A stretch of 64,000 nt of DNA from Bacilli bacterium (lineage in GTDB: Bacteria; Bacillota_I; Bacilli_A; RFN20; CAG-826): assembly GCA_045597865.1 (NCBI GenBank), contig JAZLKX010000001.1:32001-96000 (forward strand), written 5' to 3'. The position numbers and the translations under genes were made by a program. Of the stretch, positions 7,978 to 16,086 are shown piece by piece (within the stretch, counting starts at the first letter, position 1; the number at the start of each line of letters is the position of its first letter). Below the pieces are notes generated by a model that did no database searches, was not told the origin of the DNA, and was given only the letters and a program-made list of their open reading frames with translations.

Positions 7978-10221
7978 ATGATAGATTTTTCCAATATCGA
8001 TGATTACGAATTTGAGCAACTATGTGCTGAAATTTTATCAAAAATTTTAAAGACTCAATTTAGGACATTTGCAAAAGGACCAGATAAGGGAATAGACATT
8101 AGAAAAACTAACGGTGACGATAAAATCATTGGCCAAGCAAAAAACGTTAGGAGTGTCAGTGGTGTTTTTGCTAGTGAACTTAATAAAATTAAAAAAACCG
8201 GCTGTAAAAAATATTATTTATTTATCGGATGTGCTCTAAGCGCAGACCACACAACTAAAATATTTAATGAATTTAAAGATTATATGGATGATGAATCTTT
8301 TATTTTTGATGCTAATACATTAGATAAATTATTATCTACTAGTGAATATAAAGAAATACTTTCTAATCACTTTAAGCTATGGGCGGTTAACAAACAGGCA
8401 ATTGAATTATTAAAATCTAATGATATTTCTATTGATACTGATACATTGAAAAGTAGAATCCAAAAACACAGTTGTTTTTATGTCGACACAAGAGATTACA
8501 AAAACGCTTTACTAGAACTACTAAGTAATAGAATCATATTACTTGAAGGAAATGCTGGAGTTGGAAAATCTACCATATCCGAAATGATTGTGCTTTCTCT
8601 TATGTCAAAATTTGATAAATATAACGTTATTTATTCTTCAAGTTCAGATGTTGATAAGGTCAAAAATGCATTAAGCATGGATCCGGAAATCACAAATATT
8701 ATTTATATTGATGATTTTTTAGGCTCTTTTTATTCTAATTTGACTTTAGGAGGAACGAATTCAATTTGTTCTCTGGTTAATTTTGTATTAAGCCATTGCA
8801 ATAATTTTCTTATATTAAATACAAGAGGAGTTATTTTAAAAGAAGCTAATAGAAAATATATTGATTTTGAAAAGACAATAAATTCGCTAAAAATTAAAAA
8901 GGTAAAAATAGATAATATTTCTAAATTTGATAAAGCAAGAATACTATTTAATCACATAGTTTCTTCTGATTTAACGGATAAAGTTAAAAACGAAATAGTT
9001 ACCAAGAAATTTTATAATCAAATAATAAATCATAAAAACTATAATCCAAGGTCTATTGAATATATTTGTAGTAATAAAAATTTTGAAAATTCTGGCTTTT
9101 TGAATTACACGGATTTCTCAATTAATGCCTTAGACAATCAAGAAAAAACTTGGGAACATGCATATTTGAATAATTTAAGTGATGTTGATAGAGTGTTTTT
9201 GCTGGTTTTATATTCGTTAACTTTTGAAACTGAATCTATAAGCCTATCTATTTTAGAAAAGGCTTTTAATAACGAAATTAAAAATGGATATTCTATTGAT
9301 ACGACAGTAGATAATTTTGAAATTTCTTACAAACGTTTGCTTGAATCATTCATAACAAAAATCATCATTGGCGATGATAATTATATTGCGTTTGCCAATC
9401 CATCTGTTAAGGAATGTATTTCTAAACATGAATTTATAAACAAAAATTCTTTTATCTATGGGGATCAATACTTCGCAAAAAAAGATTTCCTTAAATCTAA
9501 GGAATTCGAAAAATTAATTGAGGATGGAACATTTAGTAAACTTGATTATGTTCGAATGGATTATAGTCTTGTTTTAGCTTTGTATTTAATTGAGAATTCT
9601 CATAACGATCCAAAATATAACACTTTTTTATTAAGCGCCCTTAACAGAGATTATTCAAAAAACAATTCAATTTATGCCGGTCATAGAAATTCTGATATTT
9701 TTAGGGCTCTTTTTTACTTACCTATATTTGATAATTTGGATTTTAATCAAATTGATAATAAGTTTCTTGATTCTTTCGTTCTTTCTTGTATTAAGTTTAT
9801 CGACGACAGATATATTGAGGATATATTTGATAAAATTGAAGATATTAGTTCTCTATTAAACGATAACGATGATGTAAAATCTGAGATAATTAATTTAGTT
9901 GAAGATAGTGTTTATGTTGATGACATAATCGAACGCAACATTGAATATTTTGATGACGAAACTGAATTTAATGAAGATGCTGCTAATGACGAACTGGTTG
10001 ATGCAATAGATGATGAATTAAATCAAAATAATTTATATAGTTTATTACGTAATTCTTATGATTTTGAAATAGATAGCAACGATATTGATAATTTTAAAAA
10101 TACCGATGTATATGATGAGTACAGATTTAGAACTAATGATTGGGTGTCTAGCAGCCACACAGTTATTGATGATAATAATGATGATAAAGAATATGAAACA
10201 ATGTTTTTATCATTAGTGTAA
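7978..10221 (+). CDS. Restriction-endonuclease-like N-terminus plus STAND-type NTPase, acidic C-terminus (probable defence protein)
   Basis: FEQLCAEIL...GPDKGIDIR...IIGQAK; GNAGVGKST; IYIDDFLG; ILNTR; YNPRSIE. Confidence 0.7.
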   Translation: MIDFSNIDDYEFEQLCAEILSKILKTQFRTFAKGPDKGIDIRKTNGDDKIIGQAKNVRSVSGVFASELNKIKKTGCKKYYLFIGCALSADHTTKIFNEFKDYMDDESFIFDANTLDKLLSTSEYKEILSNHFKLWAVNKQAIELLKSNDISIDTDTLKSRIQKHSCFYVDTRDYKNALLELLSNRIILLEGNAGVGKSTISEMIVLSLMSKFDKYNVIYSSSSDVDKVKNALSMDPEITNIIYIDDFLGSFYSNLTLGGTNSICSLVNFVLSHCNNFLILNTRGVILKEANRKYIDFEKTINSLKIKKVKIDNISKFDKARILFNHIVSSDLTDKVKNEIVTKKFYNQIINHKNYNPRSIEYICSNKNFENSGFLNYTDFSINALDNQEKTWEHAYLNNLSDVDRVFLLVLYSLTFETESISLSILEKAFNNEIKNGYSIDTTVDNFEISYKRLLESFITKIIIGDDNYIAFANPSVKECISKHEFINKNSFIYGDQYFAKKDFLKSKEFEKLIEDGTFSKLDYVRMDYSLVLALYLIENSHNDPKYNTFLLSALNRDYSKNNSIYAGHRNSDIFRALFYLPIFDNLDFNQIDNKFLDSFVLSCIKFIDDRYIEDIFDKIEDISSLLNDNDDVKSEIINLVEDSVYVDDIIERNIEYFDDETEFNEDAANDELVDAIDDELNQNNLYSLLRNSYDFEIDSNDIDNFKNTDVYDEYRFRTNDWVSSSHTVIDDNNDDKEYETMFLSLV

Positions 10222-10283
10222 GCAAAATTTATTCGTTAAATAACTGACACTAGAATGATTGATGTTAAGTTATATTGTAAATA

Positions 10284-10571
10284 ATATTGTTCTATGCTAA
10301 AGAAGATTGCTTACCTATTATTAAAAAGAGATAGAAAGATATTAAAGCAATTTAAGTATTAAGTGACTATTTAACAATATGTCATATATGTGTAGTCTAT
10401 AAAATAATATGGCTTCACTTTTAATGTTCTTCAATAATATAAACCAAGTGTATGTAATAACTGAGTTCTAATTAAAGTAAGAGATCAGCAAATATCTTTT
10501 GCTAATCTTTTACCAATCTCTTTTCTTGATAGAGAAGCGTAAGCAAGTTCTCGTATAGCAAGAAAAGCCGG
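10284..10571. repeat. Non-coding direct repeat X, copy 1 (copy 2 at 11950-12236)
   Basis: About 288 bp, near-identical to copy 2; ends in hairpin CTTTTCTTG...CAAGAAAAG followed by CCGG. Confidence 0.95.
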
Positions 10572-10583
10572 TTCAGGGTAATG

Positions 10584-11384
10584 TTATTTAATCAACTTTA
10601 ATAAGTCTGATAAAGTAATGCTTTCAAGGCGAGTTGCAATCGCTAATGAGTTTCCTATATCTTTAAGTGAACAACCTAGGTGGTAGCCAACTCCATCTAC
10701 AAAAATAAATCGATCATGAAATGCTTTGGTCTTTTTTACATCAAAAATTTCGTTACTTTCAATTGGGTTGTTTGGGTCTGTAATAATTGTAGTAGAAACA
10801 TTAATTTCTTTTAAAACATCATCAAATGAATGATCAAAGTAGTCATCAATAATGTAGATAGATTGTTTTGCTGTTTCTAAAAACTTTTTAATTGATAAGT
10901 ATCCTTCAAATTGCTCTCCTTTTTGAAAGCTTATTTCGTGATTCTTTTTTGCTTCAATTTCGTTGATCCTTCTAGTATTTTCTTGGACCATTTGAATAGT
11001 TTGTAATAATGGGGCGCACTCATCACATTTACAAGGTGGGGCATATTTGTTTGCTAATCCAGAATTAATTACTTCTATTGCCCATTTTCTAAATTCAATT
11101 GCAATGATACTGTTAATTTTGAACCCTATCGACATAATCATTTCTTTATTATAATACTTTGTATTATATGATTTGCCATCTTTTGCAGTATGTCGGAAAA
11201 AACGACAAACTGATTTCTCGTCTTGTTCTTTTGTGGAAAATATGTTTTGAATATGCTCTGTTACATTTGAATGAGAACTACCAAATAGATGCTCAATATC
11301 CTTTTGACAAAGCCAAACATTTCCTTCTTCTAGTTTTGCTTCAACACCGAATGCATTTTTTATGATTATGTCATAGTTTCCCAT
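10584..11384 (-). CDS. RhuM-like protein with a C-terminal HDRF (PLD-like) domain
   Basis: VWLCQKDIEHLF, YNTKYYN, FRKWA; C-terminal ~115 aa nearly identical to 5161-5958. Confidence 0.75.
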   Translation of the reverse strand: MGNYDIIIKNAFGVEAKLEEGNVWLCQKDIEHLFGSSHSNVTEHIQNIFSTKEQDEKSVCRFFRHTAKDGKSYNTKYYNKEMIMSIGFKINSIIAIEFRKWAIEVINSGLANKYAPPCKCDECAPLLQTIQMVQENTRRINEIEAKKNHEISFQKGEQFEGYLSIKKFLETAKQSIYIIDDYFDHSFDDVLKEINVSTTIITDPNNPIESNEIFDVKKTKAFHDRFIFVDGVGYHLGCSLKDIGNSLAIATRLESITLSDLLKLIK

Positions 11385-11545
11385 CTCTTGTCTCCTTTAT
11401 GCTGAAAATAAATAAAATCAAATAATGCTGTGCTTGCATTTTTAACAATTATAATATGCATTAAATGTAAAATCAACATAATTAATAATTATTTTATTTA
11501 TTTTCTGCATAATGCTATGATAGTAATGGAAGAGGGAACAAGGAT

Positions 11546-11878
11546 ATGGATAAGATAGAGGAAGAAATAGCAGGTAGAATAAAAGAAATGATGGATAAAC
11601 GTAAGGTGAACCAAAGCGAACTTGCAAGTGAGCTTGGAGTTCACCAATATGACATTTCACGTATGTTAAATGGCAAACCATTTCCATCTATTTCTCAACT
11701 CAATATGATAGCGAACTATTTAGATTGTTCTATGTATTACTTAATTGGAATACAAAAAGAATCATATCGTGAGCTATCACCAGAAACTAGAAAGATCGCA
11801 GATGCATATCAGTCCGCTAATGAAACAATCAAAGCAGTAGTGGATCTAGTACTCACCAATAAACAAATTAATAAATAA
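11546..11878 (+). CDS. XRE-family HTH regulator (copy 2)
   Basis: Near-identical to 6355-6687. Confidence 0.85.
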   Translation: MDKIEEEIAGRIKEMMDKRKVNQSELASELGVHQYDISRMLNGKPFPSISQLNMIANYLDCSMYYLIGIQKESYRELSPETRKIADAYQSANETIKAVVDLVLTNKQINK

Positions 11879-11882
11879 TAAA

Positions 11883-11947
11883 AGATAACACCTGACAAAG
11901 CATTGAACGTAATAATCTATAAGTGAAATGCTCAGGTGTTTTCTTTT
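11883..11947. repeat. Hairpin element A, copy 4
   Basis: AACACCTG/CAGGTGTT outer stem is perfect in this copy. Confidence 0.9.
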
Positions 11948-11949
11948 GT

Positions 11950-12236
11950 ATATTGTCCTATACTAAAGAAGATTGCTTACCTATTATTAAAAGAGATAGA
12001 AAGATATTAAAGCAATTTAAGTATTAAGTGACTATTTAACAATATGTCATATATGTGAAGTCCATAAAATAATATGGCTTCACTTTTAATGTTCTTCAAT
12101 AATATAAACAAAGTGTATGTAATAACTGAGTTCTAATTAAAGTAAGAGATCAGCAAATATGTTTTGCTAATCTTTTACCAGTCTCTTTTCTTGATAGAGA
12201 AGCGTAAGCAAGTTCTCGTATAACAAGAAAAGCCGG
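11950..12236. repeat. Non-coding direct repeat X, copy 2
   Basis: Aligns with 10284-10571; forms the 3' flank of the minus-strand gene ending at 12276. Confidence 0.95.
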
Positions 12237-12275
12237 CCATATAGCCCCACGCAATTAAAGATGTATAGAATAATT

Positions 12276-13553
12276 CTAGTCTTGTTTCTGGAATGGTGAA
12301 GTATAAAGGAATGGTGTAGCTAATAAGAAGTATACATTTATTCCAAGAAGTAAAACTTCACTAAATATACCTATTAATATAATTAAAGAAATAAATAGAA
12401 GGGAGAAAAATAAATGTTCCCCTTTTCTTTTTATTACTTTGTAAATAACAAATGCTATAAAGCCTAAATATAAAGCAAATTTAATAATTCCACCCACAGC
12501 ATAGTTTTTTACATAGATGATATTGCCAGATGAACTATAAGGTAGAATAAGGCTTTGAACTCTTTCTCCGGCTCCAAACATAATACCTAATGGATAATTA
12601 ACTGACTGCATTAAATTTGATGAAGTTGCAAATCTGTCTTTAGTAATGGTGATGCCATCATTAATAAGACTGGTTTTGATATATGAACCTAAAGTTGCAA
12701 ATGGACCAAATGACATTGCAGGAACAAAGATAAGAAGATTTAAAATAAGTAAAATTGCAAAGCCTGCAAATAATGTAATCTCCCATTTCTTTTCATTTCC
12801 TTTGAGGTTATGAATGAGGTGGTGGATAAGTAGTGAAATTAAGATAATAACAATTGCAGTTAATGCAAGCCTGTTTTTGCTTAAGAATGCATTTACTAAG
12901 AAGAAAGCAGGGAATGCATATAACCAATATTTTTTTGTATTTAATCCAAGAATTACAGTAGATATTGTAGAAATTAATAAGATAAAACCATATATTTCGC
13001 TGTTGGTAAATATTGATGTAACAGGTGATGCAATCCCATATTCGCCTCTAAGTGACATTCCTATTTCTTTATATTGAAATATGTATGTGTATAGGCATAA
13101 TGCAACAGCAATACCTAGTAGGATGTATGAAATTAAATTTAACTTTTCATGATCGGTGGATTGATATTTAAAGATATAACAAGCAATAAATACAGAAATA
13201 ATATTTGAGAATATCATTCCAACTCCAATTACAGATTGAAGTGTAGGTATTTCAATATCTTTAATAAGTGGTGAAACAAATATAGTAACCATTTGAGTTA
13301 CCATATAAATAAGACATGGAATTAAAATCTTCTTGTTTGGCAACTTTCTATAACAAGCTAACCCAACTAAGAAAAGTAAAGCAAGAAGCCCAAAGATAAT
13401 TCCTCTATAAATGGTTCCAGCATTAGTAGATGCATCTAGTTTAAATGTAGATACATACGGCAAAAGAGCTAGTAAACCAAAACCAAATAGAAAATAGATT
13501 AAGTTTTTACATATAAATGAGATTAATTTTTGTTGCAAAATCTTTATATTCAT
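12276..13553 (-). CDS. Multi-pass membrane protein, O-antigen ligase/polymerase-like
   Basis: About 11-12 hydrophobic segments; SIFTNSEIYG, SKNR, TKDRF, MFGAG. Confidence 0.55.
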   Translation of the reverse strand: MNIKILQQKLISFICKNLIYFLFGFGLLALLPYVSTFKLDASTNAGTIYRGIIFGLLALLFLVGLACYRKLPNKKILIPCLIYMVTQMVTIFVSPLIKDIEIPTLQSVIGVGMIFSNIISVFIACYIFKYQSTDHEKLNLISYILLGIAVALCLYTYIFQYKEIGMSLRGEYGIASPVTSIFTNSEIYGFILLISTISTVILGLNTKKYWLYAFPAFFLVNAFLSKNRLALTAIVIILISLLIHHLIHNLKGNEKKWEITLFAGFAILLILNLLIFVPAMSFGPFATLGSYIKTSLINDGITITKDRFATSSNLMQSVNYPLGIMFGAGERVQSLILPYSSSGNIIYVKNYAVGGIIKFALYLGFIAFVIYKVIKRKGEHLFFSLLFISLIILIGIFSEVLLLGINVYFLLATPFLYTSPFQKQD

Positions 13554-13595
13554 ATCTTTTTCTATATTATTTTAAATTGCATCATCGATGAAGGC

Positions 13596-14465
13596 CTATA
13601 GTTCCTTCCTTAATAATTCGTAAGTTTTTGGATATTTGGTACATTCATTATCATTAAACATTTTGGTTAAAAAATCAACCTTTCCTGTCGGAAGATTAAG
13701 ATAGAATTCCGTAAAGTAATATAAGTATTCATCAATCGTATTTTCAACATACTTAATATTATTTTTTTGAAAAATTTCTTTTATCTTTTCGTAGTATTTT
13801 TTAGTAAAAATGGATAAAGATTTAAAATTGTTTGTAAAGATTAAGAAATAGAAAAAATCAAATAATGCTGTTCTTAATTTAATAGCGCCAATGTCTATAA
13901 AGGTAATTTTCTTATCATTAATAAATATGTTTGATGGGTTAGGATCGCCGTGTTGAAGGACATAAAGGATGCCGTTCTCAACTTTTTTACAAGTTGAATT
14001 TAAACTTAACTCTAGAAGCTGGTCCACAATTAGATTCATATCAACATCAGTTTTAACGTGACGACCTTGAATTTCTTGGGTTTTATAAATCTTAAATTCA
14101 TCATTAAATTCGTTTAATTTCGAACATGGATAGTTGAAATCTTTAAGAGTTGCATTAGCATTATTTTTCATTCGTGTGTAAAAATTAGGGTGTTTAAAAG
14201 CACTATAAACATAGCCATTATTTATTAAACAAATCTTTTGGGTGCCAAAACAAACTTTTCCATATTCTAATTTTGCATATTTATTTTTTGTTTTTACAAT
14301 AAAAAGAGAAGGTAATAAAAATATTTTATAAAAATTTTTAATAAAAATTTTTGATATTGTATCGTGACGATAATAATATATTCCGTTTGATAAAAGGCAA
14401 CGAAGCGGTGGAAGGAATTTTTTTGCTTGTCTGTAACTTTTTATTTTTGCTATTAAATTACGCAT
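13596..14465 (-). CDS. APH/choline-kinase-like phosphotransferase
   Basis: QHGDPNPSNI and FIDIG motifs. Confidence 0.65.
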   Translation of the reverse strand: MRNLIAKIKSYRQAKKFLPPLRCLLSNGIYYYRHDTISKIFIKNFYKIFLLPSLFIVKTKNKYAKLEYGKVCFGTQKICLINNGYVYSAFKHPNFYTRMKNNANATLKDFNYPCSKLNEFNDEFKIYKTQEIQGRHVKTDVDMNLIVDQLLELSLNSTCKKVENGILYVLQHGDPNPSNIFINDKKITFIDIGAIKLRTALFDFFYFLIFTNNFKSLSIFTKKYYEKIKEIFQKNNIKYVENTIDEYLYYFTEFYLNLPTGKVDFLTKMFNDNECTKYPKTYELLRKEL

Positions 14466-14554
14466 AGTGTGTTGTTATTATAATACTTAAATGTGCAAAA
14501 ATAAACATTATTAAAATGCCTTTTTCAATAACTTATATTTAAATATAATTGATA

Positions 14555-16043
14555 ATTGAGTTTCACGATTTTGCCACTTTATAAGTTCTTTGAACTTCAA
14601 TTTATTGATTAAATATATTAATTTGTTGAAGTTTTTTCTTTCTGCATCTTCCAGGAATGTTTGGTCTTCCTTTGGTATGGCCTAAAATCATTCTTACTCC
14701 TTCCTTTGCTCTATAAAGGTCGATTCCGTGATAGCCATATTTTTTCTCAATCATTTCTTCTTTTTCTAAATCAGTCAATGGTTGGTATACACTTTTGATT
14801 TTTAACCATAAGTTTTTGTTGCACTGAATAATGTGTGTCAAAAACGAAACACAAATATTTATACAAAAGAATAAGTTGTTTGTTGCAGCCAAACTTCTAA
14901 TCATATATTTTTCAAGTTCATATTCTTGTTTTATGAATCTAAAATATTCTTCAATTCGCCATCTTAATCGATAAGCTTTCAGAGCTTGAGTTATTCCTTC
15001 TTTAGATGAGCAATCAATATTGGTTAAGTATGCTCTAGTATCATTTTCGCAAAAAATTGTTTCGACAATAATCCAAAAATTTTCCTTAAAATCTTTATGG
15101 GTTACTTTGATTGCAGAAGCTTTTGCGTGAACGACATTTCCGTGTTTGTTTTTGTAAGTAAATTCATACTTTCCTTTGTAACGATCAAATATTTGAGAAA
15201 TAGTAAAAACGCCATGTTTTGTCGTGTATTTTCGCATTTCTTTAGCTCTAATTACGTAAAATTGCTGTTTTTCTCTTATGTATTCTGCATACAAACTTCC
15301 ATCGTATCCGCGATCAAAACTTAATGTTGCTATTTTTGGATTTTTAACAAATTTAAATATTCTATCAAGGTGTTGTTTCGTTTCTAATCCAACTGATTTG
15401 TAACCAGTTATTTGAGTGGAATAAATGTTTGTAACAAGCGGCAAAACAAAATTATCATCCGTCAATGTAACGATCCCAGTAACAGGAAAACCTTTCTCTC
15501 TTGGTTTGCCTTCTTTACTGGCATCATGAACATAAAATAAACCTTCAAAAACGTTTCCATAAGGTTTTGTTATATCGGTTTCATCAATCAAAATATTTGG
15601 ATTTGTTTTTGCTTCGTTATTTAAAATAAAATCCCAATAATTTTCTTTTACTAATTTTAAATCAATTTCAATAAGGTTTTTAGTTAAACGGTTTTCGGTT
15701 ACGTGAATATTTTCTTCAAATAAATATCTTCCGATTTTTGAAATTTTTGTACTTCCAGAAGATAGAATTCCCCAAACCATATCATAAATAAATTTTGTGG
15801 TCTTTCGATCGATATCTACCAAAATATTACCTAAAAGGTAATTTGATAATTCGACTTTTAAATCACGAACCAGGTTGTTAAAATTAATCATAGCAAAAGC
15901 TCCATTTGGTTTTGATTTCAATGAATCTTGGCGGACTCATAAAAATTATCCCAAAAAGGGGCTTTTTTGAAAGAAAAATCAAACTTTTTTAAATTTTTAC
16001 TTTGTAAAATACCAGACAATTGTCAAAAATCGTGAAACTCAAT
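14555..16043 (-). mobile_element. IS4-family insertion sequence, 1489 bp
   Basis: 18-bp perfect terminal IR ATTGAGTTTCACGATTTT; 13-bp target duplication AATATAATTGATA at 14542-14554 and 16044-16056. Confidence 0.92.
14602..15891 (-). CDS. DDE transposase (IS4 family)
   Basis: IDETD, FDRGYD, YRLRWRIEEYFRFIK (YREK motif); start placed at ATG 15891 behind GGAG. Confidence 0.88.
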   Translation of the reverse strand: MINFNNLVRDLKVELSNYLLGNILVDIDRKTTKFIYDMVWGILSSGSTKISKIGRYLFEENIHVTENRLTKNLIEIDLKLVKENYWDFILNNEAKTNPNILIDETDITKPYGNVFEGLFYVHDASKEGKPREKGFPVTGIVTLTDDNFVLPLVTNIYSTQITGYKSVGLETKQHLDRIFKFVKNPKIATLSFDRGYDGSLYAEYIREKQQFYVIRAKEMRKYTTKHGVFTISQIFDRYKGKYEFTYKNKHGNVVHAKASAIKVTHKDFKENFWIIVETIFCENDTRAYLTNIDCSSKEGITQALKAYRLRWRIEEYFRFIKQEYELEKYMIRSLAATNNLFFCINICVSFLTHIIQCNKNLWLKIKSVYQPLTDLEKEEMIEKKYGYHGIDLYRAKEGVRMILGHTKGRPNIPGRCRKKKLQQINIFNQ

Positions 16044-16086
16044 AATATAATTGATATATTTTTTAAATAACATTAAAATACTAGTT

